From: Candidatus Micrarchaeota archaeon
Lineage (GTDB): Archaea; Micrarchaeota; Micrarchaeia; Anstonellales; Bilamarchaeaceae
NCBI GenBank assembly: GCA_032123335.1
Contig: JAQBFN010000012.1
Coordinates: 91 to 64,090 of the forward strand
Direction of reading: 5' to 3'
DNA: 64,000 nt
Below the pieces are notes generated by a model. It was not told the origin of the DNA, searched no databases, and saw nothing but the letters and a program-made list of their open reading frames with translations. This document shows positions 51,299 to 59,691 of this stretch, one piece after another; positions within the stretch are counted from its first letter, which is position 1, and every line of letters begins with the position of its first letter. The translations under genes were made by a program, and so were the position numbers.

Positions 51299-52360
51299 TT
51301 GGGCGGGGGGTCAAAATTGACAGATTTTGACCGCTGTGAAGATTCGAAGAAATCTTCACTCAAGGACAGGTTTTCTTTTTCTCCAGGGGTTATTGAAGAG
51401 TTTTTGAAAAAGCAGTATGGAATTGTTGGGAATCATTCTGCTGTGCAAATTTGTGGGTGGACTAAAAGGCTTCTTCGTGGGAAGGGGGCTTGCTATAAGC
51501 AGAAATTTTATGGTGCTGATACTGCTTCTTGTGCGCAGATGAGCCCTGCTGCTGCGTGGTGTTCGCAGAATTGCGTATTTTGCTGGAGGCCCATGGAATG
51601 GATGGAGTTTAAGCCGATGGGTGTGGATTCTGTTGATTCTCCTGAGGAGATTATTGAAGGGACTGTTGCGGCTAAGCGGAAACTTATTTCCGGGCTTGGA
51701 GGGGCTGATGATGTTAATGAAGAATTATTCCGCAGGGTATTGGATTCGTTTCCTGCGCACTGGGCAATTAGTTTATCCGGGGAGCCTACGCTTTACCCTA
51801 AACTTCCGGAATTAATTAGAAATTTGAAAGAGAGGAAGGAAGTTAAGACTGTATTTCTGGTTACTAATGGGCAGGAGCCGGAGATGCTGCTTGGATTAAA
51901 GGAAGAGAAGGCTTTGCCTACGCAATTGTATATTTCTGTTGATGCTGCTGAGAAGAAAACTTTTGATAAAGTGAATGTGCCTGTTTACCCGGATGGGTGG
52001 GAGAGAATAAACCGGACGCTTGAATTAATTGCGGATTTTCCGTGCAGGCGCGTTTTGAGGTTTACTGTGATTAAGGGGGTTAATGATCTGGAGGAGATGC
52101 TTCCTGAATATGGGGAGATGTTTGAGAAAAGCGGTGCTGATTTTATTGAGATTAAGGCGTATATGCACCTTGGGTATTCAAGAAAAAGGTTGGGTGCGGA
52201 GAATATGCCTGCGCATGAGTATGTGAAGGAGCTTTGTGGGAAACTGCTTGAGAATCTTCCGGATTATAGGTATGAAGATGAGGTTGAGGTTTCCAGGATT
52301 GTGCTTCTTAAGAATAAGAATTCTAAATATAAGAATATTATAGAAACTGTGGGAGGCTAG
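51299..52360 (+). CDS. taw1: tRNA 4-demethylwyosine synthase (Taw1/TYW1, radical SAM)
   Basis: Contains WCSQNCVFCWRP (CX3CX2C) and an upstream CYKQKFYG...SCAQ cluster. Non-ATG (TTG) start. Confidence 0.8.
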   Translation: MGGGSKLTDFDRCEDSKKSSLKDRFSFSPGVIEEFLKKQYGIVGNHSAVQICGWTKRLLRGKGACYKQKFYGADTASCAQMSPAAAWCSQNCVFCWRPMEWMEFKPMGVDSVDSPEEIIEGTVAAKRKLISGLGGADDVNEELFRRVLDSFPAHWAISLSGEPTLYPKLPELIRNLKERKEVKTVFLVTNGQEPEMLLGLKEEKALPTQLYISVDAAEKKTFDKVNVPVYPDGWERINRTLELIADFPCRRVLRFTVIKGVNDLEEMLPEYGEMFEKSGADFIEIKAYMHLGYSRKRLGAENMPAHEYVKELCGKLLENLPDYRYEDEVEVSRIVLLKNKNSKYKNIIETVGG

Positions 52361-52399
52361 GGATAATGTTTATAAGCACTTTACCACATAAGTAAACAC

Positions 52400-53125
52400 A
52401 TGGTCAAAACGGTGCGCAGTTCTAAGATTGAATATCCTGATCGCAGGGAAACACCCAAACCCAAAAAAGGATGGGTTAGGCGGCACCCGATTGTGGGTGG
52501 GTTGATTGTGGCTGCCGGAATCGGAGGCGCAGCCCTTTTTCTCTCTGGAAATGAAAAGGCTGAGAATGAAAACTTGCCCCGCGAAAAAAAGAGCATGCAG
52601 GAAGATTCCAAAAACAGAAGAGATGCGCGCATCCGGAAGCAGATAGGCAAGCTAAGGCGCATTGTTGAATTCCAAAAACAGTTAATTGAAAGCGGCTGGT
52701 ATGGACAGCGTGAAATTGAAGAGCAGGAAGCAAGAGAAGAGATGCGCGAGCGTGAAAAGGAATTCGCCTTGGATTTGGAAGAAAAGAGCAAAGATGAGCT
52801 TGTGGAATTATTGATTGCACAAAATAGGATTATCGAACAGTTAAGGGGGGATTCTTACCAGGAGAGGGACCCTGGATGCGTACATGAAGAAAACAAAGGG
52901 CAGCTAATTCAGCAGAAGCTGGATGAAATTGAAATTGCAGAACGTGGGCTTATGGAAAATACAGTTGAAGAATTAGAAGCACTCTTGCTGGAATTAGACG
53001 ATATTGTTACGCAAGAGAACTACTATCCGATTGAACGGTACATTGAAGCAATGGAAGACAGGGCTTTAATTACAAAGGCGATTGAGGAAAAGCAGTTTTG
53101 GAAGGGAATGTTTCCTAAGGCCTAA
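52400..53125 (+). CDS. Single-pass membrane protein with an acidic coiled-coil domain, function unknown
   Basis: Basic N-terminus, TM segment IVGGLIVAAGIGGAALFL, then E/R/K/Q-rich heptad-like sequence. The TATA-like gtttataagc at 52368-52377 lies about 28 nt upstream. Confidence 0.6.
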   Translation: MVKTVRSSKIEYPDRRETPKPKKGWVRRHPIVGGLIVAAGIGGAALFLSGNEKAENENLPREKKSMQEDSKNRRDARIRKQIGKLRRIVEFQKQLIESGWYGQREIEEQEAREEMREREKEFALDLEEKSKDELVELLIAQNRIIEQLRGDSYQERDPGCVHEENKGQLIQQKLDEIEIAERGLMENTVEELEALLLELDDIVTQENYYPIERYIEAMEDRALITKAIEEKQFWKGMFPKA

Positions 53126-53168
53126 AAACATTAATATTTATAACCATTTTTATCCATAATGTATCAAT

Positions 53169-53450
53169 ATGGAAAAAATGCGCCCTGTTGGAAGTGCATT
53201 AGAGCAAACGAAGAAACAAGTGCGGATTCCGAGGAAAAAACCGCTTACCGCAGGCATTATAAAAACAACACTTGCTGCTTCTGCGATTGTGAGCATTTTT
53301 GTAGGCGCATACTTGCTGTTTAATGAACCCAAAACTGAAGAGAGCACATGCGAAAAAAAGGAAAGAATCGGAGTTCTTGAGGAGATAAAGTACAAAATAT
53401 TTGACTTTTTTAGAGACATAGAAAGATGGGGAATGCCTCCTAAGAGGTAA
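53169..53450 (+). CDS. Small single-pass membrane protein, function unknown
   Basis: 93 aa with the same layout as the previous gene (basic N-terminus, TM, NEPKTEE). The TATA-like atttataa at 53136-53143 lies about 29 nt upstream. Confidence 0.5.
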   Translation: MEKMRPVGSALEQTKKQVRIPRKKPLTAGIIKTTLAASAIVSIFVGAYLLFNEPKTEESTCEKKERIGVLEEIKYKIFDFFRDIERWGMPPKR

Positions 53451-54543
53451 TCTCCTCCAATCTGTTTGTTTTTTCTGCTTCCTTGATTTCCTGGGCAACC
53501 CTTCTTCCGAAGCTTACTGGTTCTCGGTATAAATACGAAGAGTACGGGGTAAATCTTGTGCCGGGTGAACCGGGCATGCGGAATGAAACATCGAAAACTA
53601 CGAAGCGTTCCTTGCCGTCTTTTTCTTCAATTGCGCCCTGCAATGCAAAGGGGCCGATTAAACCTTTTGGATAGAATTTCTTTACTGTTTCTACAAAGCG
53701 CTCGCCTGCTTCGATTCCTGTTTGGAGAAGGGATTCACGCATTGTTGATGCGATGTGGCCGGCTTCAATTGTAGTGAAGCGCTTGTATTTGAGGGCTTCA
53801 ATCTGCTGGGGTGCTGGGAGGCGGAGCAAACCATCCAGGTTGGTCTGGCGGCGGCAATCTATTCCCAGGAGCTCGAGCTCGTTGTGGAGCGGGGAATAGA
53901 AAAAGTTGAAGTTGAATTGTGCGCCCAGGATGAATTCTTCGATTCTTGCGACCCTGAGGTCTTCCTCTTTTATTATGCCCTGGGCAATGAGGGACCTGCT
54001 TCTTTCTTCGTATTCTTTTGGGGATGCTGCAAAGAAGAATGCACGCTCGTAGGAGCGCCTTGCATCCTGCACCTTAACTAGTGAAAGGGAATCAATGGAA
54101 TCCGGGGTAAATGTTTTAGCGATGTTCACGTCTGCGGCTTCGAGCAAATCATACTGGTTGTTTTTTGCGGTGCGCTCCTCTGCGCGGAGGAGGTATTTGT
54201 TTCCAAAAATAGGGACGTTGAATTTGTTTTCAATATTATCATATCCAACGTAAACGGAAAAGGAGCGGTTGGGGATGAATACTGAATCCTTGAGCAGCCC
54301 AAGGACTTCGGGCTTCACCATGTCTGTGAATTCATCCACAAGGATTACTTCGTCTACAATTCCGATTTCTTTTGATCCGCGCTTGCGGGTTTTGTAGTGC
54401 TTGGAGTAGGTACTGTCACGGCCTTTCTTGCATACAACTACTGATTTGTATCCTTCTGCTTTTGCTCCTTCTGAAACATCCAGTGCTGAGTGGCTTCCTA
54501 GTGTTGAAATAAACATATTGCTCACCTTGGGAATATTCTGCAT
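53440..54543 (-). CDS. purP: PurP-family ATP-grasp enzyme, paralogue 2
   Basis: FISTLGSHSALDVSEGAKAEGYKSVVVC, collinear with 18961..19998. Confidence 0.75.
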   Translation of the reverse strand: MQNIPKVSNMFISTLGSHSALDVSEGAKAEGYKSVVVCKKGRDSTYSKHYKTRKRGSKEIGIVDEVILVDEFTDMVKPEVLGLLKDSVFIPNRSFSVYVGYDNIENKFNVPIFGNKYLLRAEERTAKNNQYDLLEAADVNIAKTFTPDSIDSLSLVKVQDARRSYERAFFFAASPKEYEERSRSLIAQGIIKEEDLRVARIEEFILGAQFNFNFFYSPLHNELELLGIDCRRQTNLDGLLRLPAPQQIEALKYKRFTTIEAGHIASTMRESLLQTGIEAGERFVETVKKFYPKGLIGPFALQGAIEEKDGKERFVVFDVSFRMPGSPGTRFTPYSSYLYREPVSFGRRVAQEIKEAEKTNRLEEITS

Positions 54544-54617
54544 GATTAGGAATAAAAGAGTTGGGGGTTCAGAAAGTGGATGTAACCATGGTTACAAAAA
54601 GAGAACTGAATAAAAAA

Positions 54618-54773
54618 TCAATCGTGGAGAAGCTCAGTGATTTCAGCCTTCTTTCCACTGAAGCATGAATCGCAAAACACGTACGTGAAACCGCACATGC
54701 TTATGCCGAAATTCTTTTCCGAATCATCCATTTCCTTGTCGCACAGGGTACATCTTGTATTTCCTTCGAACAT
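54618..54773 (-). CDS. Small zinc-ribbon protein (51 aa)
   Basis: MFEGNTRCTLCDKEMDDSEKNFGISMCGFTYVFCDSCFSGKK has CxxC...CxxC. The upstream extension of ORF 54618..54899 reads through AT-rich promoter-like DNA. Confidence 0.45.
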   Translation of the reverse strand: MFEGNTRCTLCDKEMDDSEKNFGISMCGFTYVFCDSCFSGKKAEITELLHD

Positions 54774-55142
54774 ACTGATCGCCTCCAATAAAAAATAAAA
54801 TGAAAAAATATAAATGCAACTACTTCGGGTTCTTTGGTTTCGGTTTGCTTTTGGCCATTCTTTCGTCCTCCGATCCTCCGCTTCTGGGGCTTTTGGCACC
54901 AGGGAGTTTAGCAGCTTTGGGCTGCCGCAGCGTGACCGTTCCCTATTTGCTGTGGATGAGGTTAAAAACAGGAATTTTGTATTCTGAGGGTTTTTTACGG
55001 CGTGGATATGAAGATGAAAAATTCCGAGGAAAAGCTTAAATACTAATGAAGAAATGGAAGAAGTGACAGAATATCCGTATGAACGCGTACATCATTCGGT
55101 GTGCTTGTGATTACGGCGGAGAAGCATTTTTGCATAGTTCGT

Positions 55143-55151
55143 ATTTATAAA
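55143..55151 (+). promoter_or_regulatory. TATA-box-like element (tatttataa) about 29 nt upstream of the ATG at 55176
   Basis: Read directly. Confidence 0.4.
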
Positions 55152-55175
55152 CATTTTGCCACTAATTATAACACT

Positions 55176-55913
55176 ATGGCCAGATATAAATCACAATCAC
55201 ACAGGGTAACTGAGACGAGAAGGATAACCCAGGTAAAGGCACTCGTGGCGAAGAATGCCTCCCCTGAAAGGTGCGGAACACAGGCTTCAATGGAAGGAAT
55301 TTGCCTGAATGCGCACAGGAATGGAGTTGGAATGGGGGCTGCGGCATTAGCTGCAGTGGGAGTAGGTTTCCTGGCAGCCAAAACAGCTTCAGCAGAAACT
55401 GCCACGGATATTATGGTTATGCGGGAGGAGGATGCACCTAAGGAATCCAATTTGCTTTATTCTCATGAGGTTTCTGTTGCGCTGGCAGTAGCAGCAATAG
55501 CATCAGCAGCCTCCACAGTAATCTTTGGAGTTAAGGCATACAAAACCAGGAGAAATGTGCCGGGAATAATCGGGCCTTCCGGGCTTGTGCCCCTTAATCA
55601 TAGAAAGGATGAGGGGAATCCATTCCGCAACGATGGAGTAAGCGATGATGAGTACGTGAGAATAAGGAAAGAGACACATGTTTGGGGCAAAAAAAACAGG
55701 AAAGAGAGGTATATGATCCACATGGACGTGAATACTCTGGATGTGAGCCTCAACCCTACGGACTTCCAATTTACGTTTAACAAAAATACCCTGCCATTGG
55801 TGGCATCAATAGTTGCAACCATGGCATTTGCAAGCCTTTATCTGTATGTAAATACACCTACAGACATCGCAGAGCCTGCAAAGATTGAGCAACGGGTAGG
55901 GGAAAAGAAATAA
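55176..55913 (+). CDS. Membrane protein, function unknown
   Basis: MARYKSQSHR... with about 3 hydrophobic segments (GMGAAALAAVGVGFLAA, ALAVAAIASAASTVIFGV, LPLVASIVATMAFASLYLYV). Confidence 0.55.
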   Translation: MARYKSQSHRVTETRRITQVKALVAKNASPERCGTQASMEGICLNAHRNGVGMGAAALAAVGVGFLAAKTASAETATDIMVMREEDAPKESNLLYSHEVSVALAVAAIASAASTVIFGVKAYKTRRNVPGIIGPSGLVPLNHRKDEGNPFRNDGVSDDEYVRIRKETHVWGKKNRKERYMIHMDVNTLDVSLNPTDFQFTFNKNTLPLVASIVATMAFASLYLYVNTPTDIAEPAKIEQRVGEKK

Positions 55914-55914
55914 T

Positions 55915-57228
55915 CTATTTCGGGAACCAGTTTATCCGGAAATATTCTTCTAATGCTTCAGGGTAATCTTCAAGTATTGATTCTTTTCCAAGGAATTTTG
56001 CCTTTGAGATTCCAGTTACATGGGAAGGCAAATCCTTGCGCTTCTTGAATTCTTTAATTGCAAGCGAAATGTTCCAGAGTTTCCTTTCCCCCATTGAATG
56101 AATCCTTCCATGGTCAAAGAAAAACGGGCGTTTGCGTTTGCGCATGAAAACTGAAACGTGCTCGGTCTGGTCCAGGTACGGGCCGCGGAAGGTCTGGGTT
56201 TTGGGCAATACCGGGGAGCGCAGCTCGAATAGGATTATGCATTCTGAATCTGTTGCGTGCGGATGCACCCCGAGCACCTGGAACTCTGCTTTCTTCAGGT
56301 AGGATTCCAGCTGGCCTGAAACCCTCCAAACCTGGCCCCAAAGTACGTCATCAACTATTTCCTCCTTTGCAAAGGAAAGCGCGAATATGTTCCTTTCTTC
56401 TAATCTCCCCTCCAGTTCCTCCCTGCCCAGTTCCTTGGGGAAGAAGAATGATTCTGAGGGCTCTGCAAGGTATGCTGCAGAAAGGAAAATGAGGCGCTGG
56501 AGGTTCTCATGGGTGATTACTGCCGCAACATTCCTTGTGAGGTCTACGGGGTCGATTACTGTAAGGGGAGTATTGAAATCCGGTACTGCGCGGAGGCTCT
56601 TGTAGTTCTTCTCCTGGTCTATTACGACCGGGAGTTTCCACATTGAAGCGGCTTTAAGGAATTTCTCGAATGAACCGTAGTGGAGCACCATAAGCTCGCA
56701 GAGATAGCCTGAGAAGCCCTTGGTCTTGATTTCCGCCCCATAGAGGAAATTTGCCTTGAGGAACTGCTTCAGCAGGAGAACCTCCTTGTTTTGGGCAGCT
56801 TTCATCTTGGAGAGAACATACTCTGTGTGGAGCTGGGAGCGGTCCACCGCAGACCTTACGCGCTCCCCTGCCTTCATTTCGTACGACGGAACAAGGTCGA
56901 GCCTCTTCCCTTCCAGGTAGATGCGGAGGTAAGGGTGCTCAGCGTACCCAGTTTCGCGCTGGGCGCGAGGAAAGGCTTTTTTAGCGGCTTTTTCCAGCTT
57001 TTTGAACATTTCCTCCTTTGAGTGGGAAACCGGGAAAATAGCGAACAGGTCGATGTCTCCGGCTCCTTTCAGGAAAGTGCCTTTGGCTACGGAGCCTGCA
57101 AGGAGGGTTTTCACTTCCTTGGGAAGGTGCTTCTTGAGGGCTTTCTGGGTGCTCTCTGCAAGCCTTTTTGCCTCTGAGGCTTCCGTCTTGGAGGGTGTAA
57201 TTTCCTTCAGCACCGCAGCGAGCTTCAT
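55915..57228 (-). CDS. cca: CCA-adding enzyme (archaeal class I tRNA nucleotidyltransferase)
   Basis: LLAGSVAKGTFLKGAGDIDLFAIFP...ETGYAEHPYLRIYLEGKRLDLVP. Confidence 0.9.
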   Translation of the reverse strand: MKLAAVLKEITPSKTEASEAKRLAESTQKALKKHLPKEVKTLLAGSVAKGTFLKGAGDIDLFAIFPVSHSKEEMFKKLEKAAKKAFPRAQRETGYAEHPYLRIYLEGKRLDLVPSYEMKAGERVRSAVDRSQLHTEYVLSKMKAAQNKEVLLLKQFLKANFLYGAEIKTKGFSGYLCELMVLHYGSFEKFLKAASMWKLPVVIDQEKNYKSLRAVPDFNTPLTVIDPVDLTRNVAAVITHENLQRLIFLSAAYLAEPSESFFFPKELGREELEGRLEERNIFALSFAKEEIVDDVLWGQVWRVSGQLESYLKKAEFQVLGVHPHATDSECIILFELRSPVLPKTQTFRGPYLDQTEHVSVFMRKRKRPFFFDHGRIHSMGERKLWNISLAIKEFKKRKDLPSHVTGISKAKFLGKESILEDYPEALEEYFRINWFPK

Positions 57229-57362
57229 GGGTTTAAAGTAGGCAAGAAAGGTTATTAATGAAAGGGGTCAGAAAAGGCATCCGTCGGTGCCCATTTTTAC
57301 GACGGCAATATATTGTTAAAATTAAACAAAGGTTTATAAGTTAAATCTTCTAAATTCTGGGC

Positions 57363-59651
57363 ATGAGATGGCTACCGATAATCCTCATTATGGCCCTTCT
57401 GTTTTATGGTTGTGTGGAAGAGCGCCAGGTAAGCATTACAGGCTACGAACAGGTTGAATCCATAACCGGTATGGACATCACCGGGGACGGGGTAAACGAC
57501 ATAAAGATTTACACGTATAATGCGAAGGAAATAAACGACCAGATTGGCCTGTATATGCGGAAAACGGTAACCACATATCCTGTTTCATATTCAGCGCAAC
57601 TTACTACATATCCTCCCATAACCGGGATGGAGCTTCAGGGCATAAAGGATAGTATCGGGGAATTCAGGGATGCGAAAGCCTCGGGGGAAAGCACCTGCTT
57701 TTCAAAACTCGGCATAACCCAGGATTCCTGCGGGGATGAAGATTCCTGCATTGAGAGGTGCACAACCTCCACATGCGAAAAGGTAATGGAGTATAATGAG
57801 GAGAGCTTTGGCCATGAATTGTATTTGTTCAGCTACAACACAGGTGAGCTGGACCAGCTTATAACCGAGGTTGAGGCAACGGGCTCAATCACCACGCAGG
57901 AAGACAAGGATGCGATGGCGGGCAAGCTTGCGAATATGCTTGCGATAACTGCAAAGCTCCGGGCGAGCCTTCTGTTCAGGGCAGATGTGTTTGGAGCGTG
58001 CACCGCACCCAATTATGATACAAGCAAGATAAGGGCGGCAATCTCAGAGCTCGGGGCATATGAGCTGGAAGCAGGAAACTATGAGTACAAGGTTGTGGTG
58101 CTCCTGGATGGGGGAGATGAGGATGAGTTCCTTGAGCTTTACCTCAGGGACAGCCCGCCAATACTTGTAAGCGTGGAGCAATTCTCGCTGGATGTGCTGG
58201 GCAACGGGAAGATTTACGAGAAGGAGCCGCTCACGGTTGGGTGGGACAGCGTGGAGGTGAATTCCCCGCACAGGCTTGTATACTATGATTTTGTTTCCAC
58301 TACTGAGCCAAGCGAAGAGGTGATGGCGAAGTGGAGATACCCGAGCGTAAGGGAGAGGAACCTCACTGCGCTCAAATACATAAACCAGATTTATGAGAAC
58401 CCGATAGGGCAGTTCATATTTGGGGTTTCTGCAGCAGTGTTCAGCATTTTCCTATTCCTGGGTTACTATGCGGCGATTGGGGCTGCAGTTGCGCTCTGGG
58501 TAATAATGCTGTTTATCCTGCTGCTTCTGCTGGAAACCCTCTACCATGTGATAAGGGCGGCGATGGACAAGAAAAGCATAAAGGAAGTGCTTATGGATTC
58601 GTTCGGAGCACCCATGCCGGACTGGAAAACATATGTGGTTGTGGGGGGAGTGCTTGTGCTTGCTGCAGTGCTCGTAAACATGTTTTATACAACTCCTGTG
58701 GAGGCCAGGCTATTTGAGATGGGAGCGCTTATCACGAACCTGGGCTCGGACTTTGCTGGAGCTGCAGTAGTGGTTCTTTTCGTTATTGGAGTATATACCC
58801 TGTTCCTTGTGCTTGAGGACCTCATCAAGGGGCTGATGATAGGGAAGGATTATTACGAGCTCAAGGGCGCAACAAAGGAAGACAACCTGGCGGAGCTTGC
58901 AAATCTCAGGGAAACCTGGCAGGCATTGCGCATGCGCGTGGAAGACCTTTCCAAAACCGGGATGGTGGTTACGGAAGAGTATGCAATTATTGTTTCCGTT
59001 CCTGTGGAAAGGCTTGAGCAGATGATTGAATCCGGCAAGCAGGGAATGGCGAAGCAGCTCATAAGGTTTAACCAGGAAAGGCTGGAAACCCTGGATGGAA
59101 GGCTGGACGAGAAAGTAAACGTGATGAACGAGAAATGGCCGGAATGGAAAGAAGAGCTTGCAAAGGCCCTTGCGGGGAACGACAGCGTTCCGCTCAACAC
59201 ACTGCTCTTTATCCCGATGCAGTGGAGGGAATGGGCAGTTGAAAAATACATAAGCGAAAACAGGACAAAGGGATACGTGCTTGAAAACGAGGTAATTGTA
59301 AAGAGGGAAGTAAAGGTTGATGAGCTCCTTACAAAGAAGCTCAGGGACCTGCTGAAGAAGAAAACGGTGAAGGATGCTGTTCTGCTTTCGCAGGACCTGG
59401 AAGTTTTCAATTCATTCCACAAAGGAAAGAAAACCGTAGTGGATGTTCTTTTCCTGAAGCTCAGGTCATATGTGGAAGCGCTCTCAAAGAAGATGGGTGC
59501 ATCCGAAGTGAAGAGGTTTGTGGTTTCAGGAAAGAATAATGCTGCTGTGTATGTTATGCATGGCAAATACCAGGCGTTGATTGTTGCTGACAAGGCAAGG
59601 ATAAGGGAAGTCGTTGAAGACTGGAACGCAATGGTCGAAAAGCTATCTTAA
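57363..59651 (+). CDS. Large membrane protein, function unknown (lipobox-like signal, Cys-rich ectodomain, about 4 TM, cytoplasmic coiled coil)
   Basis: MRWLPIILIMALLFYGC and the Cys-rich patch CFSKLGITQDSCGDEDSCIERCTTSTCEK. The TM block spans about aa 350-480 and the C-terminal 280 aa are helical. Confidence 0.65.
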   Translation: MRWLPIILIMALLFYGCVEERQVSITGYEQVESITGMDITGDGVNDIKIYTYNAKEINDQIGLYMRKTVTTYPVSYSAQLTTYPPITGMELQGIKDSIGEFRDAKASGESTCFSKLGITQDSCGDEDSCIERCTTSTCEKVMEYNEESFGHELYLFSYNTGELDQLITEVEATGSITTQEDKDAMAGKLANMLAITAKLRASLLFRADVFGACTAPNYDTSKIRAAISELGAYELEAGNYEYKVVVLLDGGDEDEFLELYLRDSPPILVSVEQFSLDVLGNGKIYEKEPLTVGWDSVEVNSPHRLVYYDFVSTTEPSEEVMAKWRYPSVRERNLTALKYINQIYENPIGQFIFGVSAAVFSIFLFLGYYAAIGAAVALWVIMLFILLLLLETLYHVIRAAMDKKSIKEVLMDSFGAPMPDWKTYVVVGGVLVLAAVLVNMFYTTPVEARLFEMGALITNLGSDFAGAAVVVLFVIGVYTLFLVLEDLIKGLMIGKDYYELKGATKEDNLAELANLRETWQALRMRVEDLSKTGMVVTEEYAIIVSVPVERLEQMIESGKQGMAKQLIRFNQERLETLDGRLDEKVNVMNEKWPEWKEELAKALAGNDSVPLNTLLFIPMQWREWAVEKYISENRTKGYVLENEVIVKREVKVDELLTKKLRDLLKKKTVKDAVLLSQDLEVFNSFHKGKKTVVDVLFLKLRSYVEALSKKMGASEVKRFVVSGKNNAAVYVMHGKYQALIVADKARIREVVEDWNAMVEKLS

Positions 59652-59691
59652 GCTAAATGAAAGACAGGAAATTACGGGAGTGTGAGTAAAA

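Noticed and set aside
54774-54899. N-terminal extension of the zinc-ribbon ORF (93-aa version)
   Set aside because: The extension translates an AT-rich promoter-like tract (aaaaaataaaatgaaaaaatataaatg). The internal ATG at 54773 gives a compact CxxC...CxxC protein.
54953-54996. C/D-box sRNA (tggatga ... ctga followed by T6)
   Set aside because: The C box has a mismatch. Only about 24 nt separate the boxes, so there is no room for D'/C'. There is also no terminal stem. It is mentioned only as part of the long-spacer finding.
58853-59593. 246-aa minus-strand ORF
   Set aside because: It is antisense to the C-terminal coiled-coil region of the 762-aa membrane protein. Its composition is Ser/Phe/Thr-rich shadow sequence.
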